DNA from: Macrostomum lignano
Taxonomy: Eukaryota
Direction: 5' to 3'
Length of the DNA: 64,000 nt
Assembly (NCBI GenBank): GCA_002269645.1
Contig: NIVC01002934.1
Location: 65,482 to 129,481 of the forward strand
A program made the translations under genes and the position numbers. Under the pieces are notes generated by a model. The model made no database searches. It saw nothing but the letters and a program-made list of their open reading frames with translations, and was not told the origin of the DNA. Positions within the stretch are counted from its first letter, which is position 1; every line of letters begins with the position of its first letter. Below are positions 1-20,805 of the stretch, in pieces.

Positions 1-1
1 C

Positions 2-322
2 GACGTCGAGACGTTTGTTAGAGACTGCGGCGCCTGCGAGACTGCGGAGAAGAATTTCAAGCTGCGACCGGCTCCGCTGCAGCCCCTGCCATGGCCAGAT
101 TCGCCGTGGACAGAGATCGCCATCGACATCGTGGGTGAACTGCAGGCAGCGCCGGCGTCGTCACGATTCCTACTGGTCATCACGGATCTGCACAGCAAGT
201 GGCAGGAGGTCTTCGCGACTTCAAGCATCACCACCGACACGGTCTGTAAGGTGCTACGCAGTCTGTTCGCACGCTGGGGCCTCTGCGAGAAGGTCCTCAC
301 CGACAGCGGACCTCAGTTCGGC
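2..322 (+). mobile_element. Ty3/Gypsy integrase fragment (end of Zn-binding domain plus start of rve core), truncated
   Basis: Frame 2 reads DVETFVRDCGACETAEK...LQPLPWPDSPWTEIAIDIVGEL...LLVITDLHSKWQEVF...LFARWGLCEKVLTDSGPQFG, showing CxxC, PW..I.ID..G and the second catalytic D in TDSGPQF. Homology ends abruptly at 322. Confidence 0.9.
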
Positions 323-1539
323 TGTAGAGATCTCCAAACATGGTAGCCTACTAGAAGTAGTAAGATAAAATTATGAGCACAAATTTAAAAATAGCTATGT
401 GTCATACTCTATGTGTCATACTTTACCAGTAATATCACGCAAACAGCGACTGGCTATGCTATTGTTCGAAAAAAACCGGTTCTCGACATCTATTTTTAGA
501 ACTTCCAAATATGGTAAATGTTAACCTGAATGTGACCCAAGTCTCACCCCTTTCAAAAACCCCACCTGTCAAATAATAAAATTCCTTTCGTGAACTCATC
601 AAAAAACCGGTTTTGAGCTCAAGGCCGACTCAAGGCCGACAAACTGTGTATAAATACAAACGAAAAATTCGAGCTGAAATCTCAGACTCGGTGTAGAATG
701 TTCTACCTCCCGTAAAAAAGGAAAAGGAAGTTAATCGTAGGATGCTACTGTAAGTAAGTAAGTACACGCATGCACACCTAAATTTTAAATGAATCACGTT
801 ACCAGATAAGTTGTTACCAGAAAAATACGCAATGAGCCATGTTCCCCTTTTAGCGCAACACGTGAGTTGTAATGCTGCTATTTTGGACTGAAAAAGCGCC
901 TATAAATACAAGCGGTCCGGAACGGACCCGGAGCCAACAAAATCTCCGAGAGAGAAGCTCCGAAGAGGAAGCTCTGCAGCAGACTTCCTACAGCAACTCG
1001 AGACTTGGTCGAGTTCTTGCGGTAAGCCTTACTCATTTTCGCCGTTGTGTTAGAGACGTCTCGCTCAAGTCTAGTGTGACTTGAGTTTATTTGAGTCTGT
1101 TGAGACTCTTGAGTCTAGTTAGACTCCACTGGTTGCAGTCTCCAGAAGGACTGCCCCTGATAGATCTTAGAAGACTATCAGTGGATTCCGGAGCTATTCC
1201 TAGAGTGCATAGAGGCACTGCTAGAAGGAGAAGGCTTAGACGATACCGCAGTTTGGCGCAGGGATCCCATTGTTAATTTGGAAGCTTCCTACTGGTCCGA
1301 GCGACAGAATCTGGCCGGAACTATTTCTAAGGAAGAAAGAAGACTCGGACCCGATCTACGAACGCAAGTCAGAAGTTGACTGCACGATATTGACGAGAAC
1401 TACCCGAGAACTACTTCGAGATATCTCCTAAGGACTCAAGGTAATTGAATACCTTCTGTTGACTTACTGGGTTGCCTAGCTACTGAGCTAGAAGTGATTG
1501 TTCCTTGATTACAGTTGAGGACTGGTAATAAGGAACACA
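323..1539 (+). mobile_element. Putative 5' LTR (possibly two nested LTRs) inserted into the integrase
   Basis: Starts with TGT exactly where integrase homology stops and ends ...AACACA, followed by TGG at 1545 (PBS-like). TATAAATA boxes near 648 and 900, gag downstream. No second LTR copy in the window. Confidence 0.4.
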
Positions 1540-1784
1540 TCAATTGGTGAAGATACACTTTGCGGGACGCCGCATAAGTGCGAAATCAGCAAGCGAACAA
1601 AACAAGTTCATTTAAGGACAACCAGTGGCAGCAAGCCGCAACTCCATTCGAGGCCAGCGAATAACAGATCGACGCCACAAGACAATTCGTTACAGTCGAG
1701 GTTTATTCCGAGGCAAACACCACACTGGACGATCCGTTACAAATCGATCCAGATCTTGAACTACCGTTCTATCCCATCAACAAC

Positions 1785-2294
1785 ATGGCGCGGCGCAATC
1801 CAACGGTGCACAGAGACATCAAAGAAACAGTCGGCACCTTTTCGATGGAGAAGGACTTAAACACTTTCGTTGACCATTTCGATCTGGTATGTAGGGAATA
1901 CAACCTACAAAATCCAGAAAAGGCACAGCTGCTGCTACCTCTTCTCCAAGAAATTTACGGCAAGCTGGAGGCGGCAACACAGCAAAATTATCCAGCACTA
2001 ATCATTCAACTGCGCGCGCATTTCAACCGTTGCGGCACAAACAGATCAGTGCTGCTGCACAAGTTACGTAACAGGAGGATGCAAGCAACGGAATCCTTCC
2101 TCGCCTCTGTGGACGATATCCGCCAGATAATTAAGGCACTGCATCAGCCACCGCTGCAAGCTGCGGACCAACCGCCACTGGGTGCGGCAGAATTGGCCGC
2201 CAGAGAAAGACAGCGATTGATGGATCGCGAACAAAACCTAATCTTGCACATAATAATCAAGGAATATTGCGTCATATGTTACCTTTGGAGATAG
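1785..2294 (+). mobile_element. Retrotransposon Gag-like (capsid) ORF, short or truncated
   Basis: F.MEKDLNTFVDHFDLVC..YNL...EKA.LL..LL...Y.KL...NY.AL...LRAHF...R..LL.KLRNRRMQATES pattern typical of LTR-element gag. No zinc knuckle or pol follows. Confidence 0.65.
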
Positions 2295-2495
2295 AACGGC
2301 ATCTACGAGAATTTTTGCATGCCCATAATGCGTTTCACTGGACATTACATGTATACTGCCACGCGCTCAAACGATTAATTTTATCACGTAGTTATTTCAT
2401 ATGGCTCTTTCGATCTACCCAATAGAACATATACTTGTTACGCACATCGAATAATCCTCAACCGTTCTAATTATAACTATACCTACCGCCCACAG

Positions 2496-2867
2496 ATGGC
2501 CGAGATGGATACCTGCCCTTGCTGCCTCGAGGCACGGGAGCCGATGCTTCCGACTTGTGAATGGGGGCACCGGGTGTGCTTCCCCTGCGACGAGCGGGCA
2601 CGAGAAATTGGCGAAGTGACCATTCTTTCCGCCTGCCCGGTCTGTCGCAGGCCGCGGGTCCAGTGCGCCCTCTGCGGTGACCAGCCCAATGTCCAAGTAT
2701 GTACAAATCGGCATTGGGTATGCTTCAGCTGCCTCCAGCGGTACGGGGCACGTGACATCATGACGTGCACCGTGTGTCTGGCTCCGCTGACCAACACAGC
2801 GTCTGTGCTGCTGGCGCCGATGATGGCTATACCAGAGCTGACGCTGGCGTTGTGTCGTGTAACCTGA
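2496..2867 (+). CDS. Intronless 123-aa protein with two tandem C3HC4 RING fingers
   Basis: CPCC-x10-C-x3-H-x2-C-x2-C-x15-C-x2-C followed by CALC-x8-C-x3-H-x2-C-x2-C-x11-C-x2-C. GC-rich ORF in AT-rich flanks, CAG immediately before ATG, AATAAA at 3114. Confidence 0.75.
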   Translation: MAEMDTCPCCLEAREPMLPTCEWGHRVCFPCDERAREIGEVTILSACPVCRRPRVQCALCGDQPNVQVCTNRHWVCFSCLQRYGARDIMTCTVCLAPLTNTASVLLAPMMAIPELTLALCRVT

Positions 2868-3202
2868 CAGACCAACTTAATGATAGATAATATTTTACGC
2901 TAATATTTCTACTATAACGTAAATGCTAACCATATTATTATTATTTATTGTCTATTACTTATACTGCCACTTTAAGTAGAGTAGTTGATAAATTATCTGT
3001 ATAATGTATTATTAATCACATGATATCTCTAGCTCTTTAATTTATCGATCGTGCAGTTTTTCTAGTGTAGTTAAAATATCGATCATGCAGTTTTTCTTAA
3101 ATAACAAAATATCAATAAAGCAACTGTGCGCATCTAGCACTTTACTTTTCAACTCAACTGGAAAACTTCAAGCCTTGGCTACTGGCTACACAACACTAGA
3201 AA

Positions 3203-3470
3203 ATGAAACGATACCTGCAGAAGACTTCTAACGTTGATAGTCTCTTCAGCATCCATAAGACAACATTATCACCACTTCACTTTGCATGTGAAATGGAAAA
3301 ATTAAAAACTATCCAGCTGTTTATTCAAAGACAAGCTGACGTCAATCTTCAACGTACACTGGCTCGTCACCTCTCTACATGGCATCACAGAATGGTCACC
3401 ACCAAGTTGTGAGCTCACTCGTCAAAGCACAAGCTGACGTCAATCTTCAAGAAGTCGGTGGCTGCTCCTA
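3203..3470 (+). pseudogene. Ankyrin-repeat fragment with frameshift
   Basis: SPLHFACEMEKLKTIQLFIQRQADVNLQ, then after a frame change near 3355 TGSSPLYMASQNGHHQVVSSLVKAQADVNLQ. Two ANK repeats, then homology is lost. Confidence 0.75.
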
Positions 3471-3809
3471 CGACAGACAGACACGTTCAAAAGCAACAAA
3501 ACAAATCACGAACCTACCGAAAGACCATTTTTAGTATATTGGATTCGATCTCTGCTCCTTGAATACAGAGAGAGGGCTCTCAATATTTAATGTATTACTG
3601 TGAGCGAACATAAAGCTAATAGTAGGCTACAATGCTTGTAGAAAGTTCTGCATCGCGCGTGTTATTAATAATACTTGTAAAATGTTTGTTTCTTGGTTCA
3701 AAAGTTGTGTGGCCTAATAAATGAAAACAAAATGTTGGAGTGACTGTTTCTACTCAGTCTTAATCCCGTTTTATCCGGCTTTAAGAAAATTATCATTACT
3801 GCTGACTTG

Positions 3810-6800
3810 CTAAGACTGTCCAGTCATGTTGATAATCATCACCAGAGTTCCGGCAATGCAGCTGCCCTGAAAATCAGAACGAAAGATGGAATGTGTTTGT
3901 TGGCTGTAGTTGTGTGCACGTTTTTTATGGTGTAGATACCGCAACAATGTATTTGATGGACTAGTGTGAATTTTGAAAAATATGGCGAGTCTCTTTTTTG
4001 CTGTCGTACCTGCAAAAGAAAGCCTGCAACAGTATCGAAGACGACGGTCCAAATTCTGGTCGATATTCCTTTGTTGAAGCTCGTTACACAGTCCTGCGGA
4101 ATGGTTAGTGATGAACTGTGTAATGTACAAGTTTTATAGAAAAGTTTTTAATTAATATAATGTTGGTGTCTTCTAAAACATCTGGTGCAGTTCGGGTTAC
4201 TGGTGATATGTTGGTGTCCTGTGAAGGAGCTGGTGATGTGCTGGTGTCTTGTGGAGGAGCTGGTGATGTGTTGGTGTCTGGTGGAAGAGCTGGTGATGTG
4301 CTGGTGTCTTATGGAAGAGCTGGTGATGTGTTGGTGTCTTGTGGAATAGCTGGTGATGTGTTGGTGTCTTATGAAAGAGCTGGTGATGTGTTGGTGTGTT
4401 GTGGAACAGCTGGTGATGTTTTGGTGTCTTGTGGAAGAGCTGGTGATGTTTTGGTGTCTTGTGAAAGAGCTGGTGATGATGTGTTGGTGTCTTGTGGAAG
4501 AGCTGGTGATGATGCTGGTGTCTTGTGGAAGAGCTGGTGATGTGTTGGTGTCTTGTGGAAGAGCTGGTGATGATGCTGGTGTCTTGTGGAAGAGCTGGTG
4601 ATGTGTTGGTGTCTTGTGAAATAGCTGGTGATGTGTTGGTGTCTTATGAAAGAGCTGGTGATGTGTTGGTGTGTTGTGGAACAGCTGGTGATGATGCTGG
4701 TGTCTTGTGGAATAGCTGGTGATGTGTAGGTGTCTTATGGAAGAGCTGGTGATGTGTTGGTGTCTTGTGGAATAGCTGGTGATGTGTTGGTGTCTTATGA
4801 AAGAGCTGGTGATGTGTTGGTGTGTTGTGGAACAGCTGGTGATGATGCTGGTGTCTTATGGAAGAGCTGGTGATGTGTTGGTGTCTTGTGGAAGAGCTGG
4901 TGATGATGCTGGTGTCTTGTGGAAGAGCTGGTGATGATGCTGGTGTCTTGTGGAAGAGCTGGTGATGATGCTGGTGTCTTGTGGAAGAACTGGTGATGAT
5001 GCTGGTGTCTTGTGGAAGAGCTGGTGATGTTTTGGTGTCTTGTGGAAGAGCTGGTGATGATGCTGGTGTCTTGTGGAAGAGCTGGTGATGTTTTGGTGTC
5101 TTGTGGAAGAGCTGGTGATGATGCTGGTGTCTTGTGGAAGAGCTGGTGATGTTTTGGTGTCTTATGGAAGAGCTGGTGCAGTTTAGTTTGATAGGGTTGT
5201 GTGCTAGAAAATCAAGCCAGTCCACCCCACGCAGTGAAACTTGCATATATGTGCACAAACTGCTTCTCTCGAGCCTCCTTGAGGTTCTTGGCCTCTCTGC
5301 ACTCCCGACGGAGTCTGATGCAGCAGGAGTCTGGCAGAGTATTCCTTTTGTCTCCAAGAGTGTACCAGGGCGACTTGATGAATAAATTTTCACCCTCATC
5401 GTTGCTGAAGCCGCAGCACCTCTCCTGTTTTAAGGTTGAGCATGAAAGCCAGGTAATGACTCGATAAATAAAAGTCTTTACTTTGTATAGGCATCGAGGC
5501 CAGCTGTTATATGCTTTCGACAGTTTTTTAATGAGTTGATATGGGACTTCAATTAGAATGAGGGGATTAGTGAGATGCTGAGGCTTACATGGGGGATTGC
5601 TGAGATGCTGAGGCTTACATGGGGGATTGCTGAGATGCTGAGGCTTACATGGGGGATTGCTGAGATGCTGAGGCTTACATGGGGGATTGCTGAGATGCTG
5701 AGGCTTACATGGGGGATTTCTGGGATGCTGAGGCTTACAGGGGGGATTGCTGAGATGCTGAGGCTTACATGGGGGATTGCTGAGATGCTGAGGCTTACAT
5801 GGGGGATTGCTGAGATGCTGAGGCTTACATGGGGGATTGCTGAGATGCTGAGGCTTACATGGGGGATTGCTGAGATGCTGAGGCTTACATGGGGGATTGC
5901 TGAGATGCTGAGGCTTACATGGGGGATTGCTGAGATGCTGAGGCTTACATGGGGGATTTCTGGGATGCTGAGGCTTACAGGGGGGATTGCTGAGATGCTG
6001 AGGCTTACATGAAGGATTTCTGAGATGCTGAGATGCTGAGGCTTACATGGGGGATTGCTGAGATGCTGAGGCTTACATGGGGGATTGCTGAGATGCTGAG
6101 GCTTACATGGGGGATTGCTGAGATGCTGAGGCTTACATGGGGGATTGCTGAGATGCTGAGGCTTACATCGGGGATTGCTGAGATGCTGAGGCTTACATGG
6201 GGGATTGCTGAGATGCTGAGGCTTACATGGGGGATTGCTGAGATGCTGAGGCTTACATGGGGGATTGCTGAGATGCTGAGGCTTACATGGGGGATTGCTG
6301 AGATGCTGAGGCTTACACGGGGATCGCTGAGATGCTGAGGAGTGTGGTTTATGGGGGGTTGCTGGCAGGCCAACTGTAGTTATTAAACTGTATACACTCT
6401 CTATAATAAATCATACATGTGTACTGGAGTCTAGCCTACTCAGTAGTAGTTACTATAGTTTATTATTTATTTGAACAGAGCCATTTGCTTTATTAGAGGC
6501 AGGGGGGTTGTGTGCACCCTGGCGCACTTTAAGCGACATAGGCACACAACCGGCGAGAGGCATTACTGCCCATTCCGCCGACTCCCCAGAGCAGACACAC
6601 AAGCGCGCGGATACGTACGCAGGCACACACTTACACAGGAGTGTACGGCGGCCCTAACTTTATATTATCGTTAGGCATGTACACTTCACTGCGCCTTGGG
6701 GGGGGGGGTGGCTCTCAAGGCCGTTAATTGCACGAGCAGAGCCAAGCCGAGATTCCAATTCAGCCCCAAATTAATGTGACTGCACTTGGAATCGAGCCTG

Positions 6801-8180
6801 GGTCGCTGGCACACCAGAGCCTGCGCTAGACCGCTGGGCTACGGACCCCCCCCCCCTCCTAACAGAGCCATTTGCTTGTAAATGTAGATTTACTAGCATA
6901 CTAGCGTATATAATGTCAAAACAGCATATCCGACCTGCTTTTGATATCGATCCGCAGACAAAGAGAACCTGATAGAAGCCTCATCTCTGGTGCTGCCGTA
7001 TTGATTGATGATTTTCTCTTTGATTTCATTACTATTGGATTTGGACATTGACTTGCTGCTGGTGACTGTCGACACCAGGATGACGACGCTCAGGACAATG
7101 ATCCCGGCCAATAAGCCCAGGGTCTAAAATGAATACATATCGCAGATTGCTGGATTCTGCTGGAACAGGAATCAGCAAACTTCTTTTTATCACAAAAGCC
7201 AGATAAAGAATCCAGCTCATGGCTGCGAGCCAGATGAGAGTGGAAAGGAGAGGGAAAAGAAGATTAGGGATTAGAGATGAGAGACAAGAAGAAAGGTGAG
7301 AGATGGGATGAGAGAAAAGATAGAAGGTAAGAAAAGAGAAGAGGGGAGAAGGGAGAGGGGAGAAGGGAGAAGAGGGGAGAGGGGAGAGGGGAGAAGAGGG
7401 GTGAGGGGACAGGGGAGAAGAGTGGAAATGAGCGTAGAGGCTAAAGGAGAAGACTAAGGGGCGCCAGCACCAAGGGGCGCCAGCACCAAGGGGCGCCAGC
7501 ACCAAGGGGCGCCAGCACCAAGGGGCGCCAGCACCAAGGGGCGCCAGCACCAAGGGGCGCCAGCACCAAGGGGCGCCAGCACCAAGGGGCGCCAGCACCA
7601 AGGGGCGCCAGCACCAAGGGGCGCCAGCACCAAGGGGCGCCAGCACCAAGGGGCGCCAGCACCAAGCGGCGCCAGCACCAAGGGGCGCCAGCACCAAGGG
7701 GCGCCAGCACCAAGGGGCGCCAGCACCAAGGGGCGCCAGTCCGTTTTATGTATCTCAAAGTTAGGTGGAACGAATTGAAAAATAATTCTCCTTCAAATTT
7801 AGGCCAAGGTCTAAGCCATCCTGAAATCCTGAATCCTGAGCTTCAAAGCATCCTGAAACCCGAAGAACCCGGAAGAAATTAAAACAAACCAGCAAAGCTG
7901 AATGACTCACCAGCATGAGCAGGAGTCGCCATTTCTTCAAAGCGGCAATAAAGCCAACAACGCCAGTCAGAAGTTCGAGCAAGCTGGCAAACATCGAAGT
8001 CACTATGCTCGCTTCAAGATTGCTCCCCTTGTCGAATCCTTTGAAGCCTTCAATCCTGTTGGCCGAGATCTGGCCGGCAGTGAACATGGACGCAAAGACC
8101 AGCTGGAAGAAGCCCAAGACAAACACGATGCTGAAGGCAACGAGAAGAAAGCGTTGAACGGTCTTGTCTGAGACAAACAT
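3810..8180 (-). CDS. Tetraspanin family protein (~259 aa, 5 exons)
   Basis: Exons 8180-7911, 7123-6935, 5424-5245, 4093-4010, 3866-3810, all phase 0. Four hydrophobic segments; the large loop has ERCCG, LPDSCC and a final DC. Intron 3 needs a GC donor (GCAAGT). Confidence 0.85.
4195..5175. repeat. 30/33-bp minisatellite (agctggtgatgtgttggtgtcttgtggaag) in tetraspanin intron 3
   Basis: Visible tandem periodicity; source of spurious ORFs 4160-5399. Confidence 0.95.
5570..6340. repeat. 30-bp minisatellite (tgagatgctgaggcttacatgggggattgc) in tetraspanin intron 2
   Basis: Near-perfect tandem copies (MLRLTWGIAE pseudo-ORF). Confidence 0.95.
6491..6860 (-). mobile_element. tRNA-derived SINE, full length, with 17-bp target-site duplication
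   Basis: Minus-strand head has an A-box (TAGCCCAGCGG) and B-box (GGCTCGATTCC). Flanked by AACAGAGCCATTTGCTT at 6474-6490 and 6861-6877. Homologous copies at ~18274-18625 and ~54849-55056. Confidence 0.85.
7455..7739. repeat. 16-bp tandem repeat (ggggcgccagcaccaa) in tetraspanin intron 1
   Basis: About 17 near-perfect copies. Confidence 0.95.
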
Positions 8181-8380
8181 CTTTGGTTCACGTTTGGTGC
8201 TCGTTTAACCTTCAATAGCTGTTCGGTTCTCAGAGATGGGGGATCGTAGTTTACTCAATTGAGTAAAATCGCATCGATAGTCTATGTTCTAAACCTGTGT
8301 ACAAGTGCTTCAGCATTGATGAAGAATAAAAAACTTAGATGGAATAGACATAGATAACCAAGTTGATGATTATGAATCTA

Positions 8381-8935
8381 CAGGGTGGGCGGAAAGTAAC
8401 TCCCTATTTTAATTGATAAAACATGTACATTATATTTATTTATTCTCAAAAAAATTAATCATAAAAGGTAGGCATAAATGGTAAGTTATCTCTAAAATTC
8501 AATATGTGCCCCAGATCTTTCCACCAGCTGCTGCAAACGTTCAGGAATGGCATCCACTGACTTTCTCAGAAACTCCGCTGGGATGGTGGACATGACTCCC
8601 CTTATTCGATCCTCCAGTTCTTCGAGTGTCGTTGGTTTGGAGCGGTAGACTTCTTCCTTTACCCAACCCTAAAGAAAAAAGTCGCAAGGTGTCAAATCCG
8701 GGCTCCTGGATGGCCATTCATGTGGACCACCCCTTCATATCGTGACGCCAACTGGGCTCGCTCCTGAAGTGTTAGCTGCTGAGCCATGTTACAGTTTTAT
8801 CTGAAATCAAAAACAAAACTATCAATAAAATTGTACCATTTGTGAGAATTAATTATAAAAATATGACAAAGCAGTAACAAATTATATACAATTTATAAGT
8901 AATTTAAAATAAGGAGTTACTTTCCGCCCACCCTG
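8381..8935 (-). mobile_element. Internally deleted Tc1/mariner DNA transposon
   Basis: Perfect TIRs CAGGGTGGGCGGAAAGTAACTCC at both ends, flanked by TA. The minus strand encodes GPHEWPSRSPDLTPCDFFL*GWVKEEVYRSKPTTLEELEDRI (transposase C-terminus with a stop). Confidence 0.9.
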
Positions 8936-8964
8936 TACTTCATGGTTCAAGTTTTTGAAAACTT

Positions 8965-9310
8965 TGAGAGACGGAGGAGAGGTGAGAGAGAGGGAGAGAG
9001 AGGTAGAGAGAGAGAGGGGGGGAGAGGGGGAGAGAGGTAGAGAGAGGGAGAGGTAGAGAGAGAGAGGGGGAGAGAGGGGGAGAGAGGTAGAGAGAGGGAG
9101 AGGTAGAGAGAGAGAGGGGGAGAGAGGGGTAGAGAGGTAGAGAGAGGGAGAGGTAGAGACAGAAGAGAGGTAGAGAGAGGGGAGAGGTAGAGAGAGGAGA
9201 GATAGAGATAGAAGAGGTAGAAAGAGGAGAGGTAGAGAGGGGAGAGAGAGGAATGAGAGATAGAGAGGAGGAGACATGGAGAGAGAGAGGAGAGAGAGAG
9301 AGGGTAGAGG
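8965..9310. repeat. GA-rich polypurine simple repeat
   Basis: (GA)n/(GGAGA)n low-complexity tract. Confidence 0.9.
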
Positions 9311-11116
9311 TCACGGTGTATTGAGTTGGCAACGAGTTTCAAGCCTCTGGTCATTTCGTAAGGTAAAAATTAGCGCATAATGGAATGAATTATTTGCCTT
9401 CTACGTATGATTCGTGTTAGGCTGGTAAAATCGATGATCCGATGTACACATGAGGGATGTACATGTACATCCATTAAACTGTTCTATCTTGTTCTACCTT
9501 GTCACAGAGAGAGACTTTTAACGAATCAGTTTATTTGGCAATATATGAATGTTTAGTGTACATGTAGTAAAACAGTGCTTTTTTCGAAAGTAAAACGAAT
9601 GAATAAAGCGGTCGTGTAGAGGGTTGTGAAAGTGCGTTGACCTTGATATACAATGCACGAGCTCTACTCATCTGTCCTAAATAGAGGATTTTCCCAGGTT
9701 GGTCTCTATTACACGAGACGTCACAGATGATGCTCTTGGAGCCGAAGGACAGGCTCCGAGAAATTAAAAAACCGGAAGCCGGTCTCAACCATGGAGGAAA
9801 GAATAAAATGGAGTGCTAATTTAAGCCAGTTATTTTTGTCTCGCTCGACCTGCACTTTTAGCATCCCTTCCCCCCGTTCCTTCCTATTGGCTGAAAGCAT
9901 ATTTTGATGTGAGCTCGTACTATATGCTGGGACAGACCTACAGTATATCAGAGAGGGATGAAACAGAAAACGAGACGAAAACGACTTTGTCTATGGCAGT
10001 TTATCGCTTGTGCGGCAGTAAAGATCCTATTGCGTGAAGCGAACACGAATGAATGAGAATGAATGAATGAAGATGAACATGAACATGAGAATGAAGCTCT
10101 GCCTCCGCCTCCACTTCTCCGCCTCTCTTGCTCACAATATGGACACACGCCAAGCCATCAGCACTGGTTAGGCTAGGTATTTTACTAGTGCTTCGTAAAA
10201 TTGGCCCCAGATGAAACCAATCTACAGGCATTCCATGATACTGTAGAGAGTCGCGGGATCGCGGGAGTCAGGCGTGGGTGTCATTTCGGTTGCCAAGAGT
10301 GCAGCAGTTGGTTTGCTCACACATTGCATACGCTTCCTGCCCCACCGCTTGACCCGCGAAAACATTTGATTGAACACACGTGTGTTTGTCTTATGATTCT
10401 GAGTTTAAAGTCTGAATTCCACTGCTCGATGTCTTAAATTCAATTGCCTCCCCATAATCTGTTTTGGCCATAAATAGTAATCGAAGTACAGGTTGAATAT
10501 GGTAGCCGTGTCTTGAATTGAATGTTATGCCTATGTTGAATGTTTTGATGACAGAGCGTATGACGCCACTAGTCCGCAGATGACGTCATAGAATGTGAAC
10601 AAAATGACGTCATACATGTAACTGCGGCAAAAAAGAAAAAAATAACTATCTAACAAAAGAAGTTTAAAGAAATATTTGTTGCATGCATGTTTTTTATTGT
10701 ATGTTTGTACCTTAATGGATGATTAAATTTGTTTTAATGTTATTAATTACAACATTCGAAAAAATCACTCTGCGTGCAAAGAATTGCAAAGAAGAGTTTT
10801 GATGCGCTAAAAATTCCATGTCAATCGCGGGAATTATAGCTGAGCTTGGCTATTCATTTATAGTGAGCAGTTAAACTGATTTTGGTTAAAATGGTTATTA
10901 CATGTTCAGTCTGAAGCAAGTTAGTGAAATAAACAAATTATGTTAATTATGCACCAAAATAACCGATAATTTCATCCTGTCAAAGGAAGGAGGATCAGCA
11001 AAGTCCCACTGTTGTAAGAAAAGTTTTAAAAGTTTTGTTGTAAGTTTTAGTTAAAATGTTCTTTTAATTTTCCATCGCCCGTTTCTTCAGCCACTTCAGT
11101 CAGCTGTGCCGAGGTG

Positions 11117-19663
<8,547 letters not shown>

Positions 19664-20384
19664 GCTGTACTTTGTTTGGCGTCTGATCAGTTGATGAAAT
19701 CCGACACTTTTATGCTAACAGCAATAGCTGATAATTAAGAAATTATGGTTTTGCACTAGAAAACCCGGACAGATCTGGCGAAGTGACTTCCTGTCCTCAG
19801 CGAGTCTGTAGCTATACTGGAGTTGCGGAGTTGTTACTGTAGCCCCTATCTGCCTCTCTTGCTGGCTTTCCTACTAGCTCTTCTTGTGCTCTTCTCGCTT
19901 GCTCGGGTTTGGGGGGGGGGCAGGGTTAGAAATGAATGACGATAAGAAAGGGCCCACCAAACCCCCACCCCAACCCTTCCCTCTCTCGACCCACCCCACC
20001 CGGCTCTACCCAAGTGCGCAAAAGCTGCACTGCACTGAGAGGCTCAATGCATAAAGCCAAGTGCGAAACTATTCTTGTTGCTCACAGCCTGTGCCAACCA
20101 CACACACACACACACAGACACACACCCAATGCCAACCCTCCAAAATAGGCAGCTTGTTGATTGAGTACATTGGGCAAAATGTATATTGTACACTTAAAAT
20201 AACAGCACAACAAGTTTTATTTATTGTATAGTTTTGTTATTCCATCATTTGTTTAATTTTTATGTCTGCTAATCACGCAGTTCACTTAAAATACGTAATA
20301 CCTGTCGTTGAATAACGTGGCTCCTTAATCAATAAGTTTTGCTGCACCAAAGTTAAATTTGCTCTGCACTGCAGACTGAGCTTC

Positions 20385-20805
20385 ACAGGTTTTCACGCAC
20401 TGCGACTGAGTCTCACAGGTTTTCACGCACTGTGACTGAGTCTCACAGGTTTTCACGCACTGTGACTGAGTCTCACAGGTTTTCACGCACTGTGACTGAG
20501 TCTCACAGGTTTTCACGCACTGTGACTGAGTCTCACAGGTTTTCACGCATTGTGACTGAGTCTCACAGGTTTTCACGCACTGCGACTGAGTCTCACAGGT
20601 TTTCACGCACTGTGACTGAGTCTCACAGGTTTTCACGCACTGTGACTGAGTCTCACAGGTTTTCACGCATTGTGACTGAGTCTCACAGGTTTTCACGCAC
20701 TGCGACTGAGTCTCACAGGTTTTCACGCACTGTGACTGAGTCTCACAGGTTTTCACGCACTGCGACTGAGTCTCACAGGTTTTCACGCACTATGACTGAG
20801 TCTTA
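20385..20805. repeat. 30-bp minisatellite (ttttcacgcactgtgactgagtctcacagg)
   Basis: About 14 near-perfect copies. Confidence 0.95.

Noticed and set aside
4160-6373. Repetitive ORFs (AGDVLVSCG, MLRLTWGIAE)
   Set aside because: Intronic minisatellites of the tetraspanin gene.
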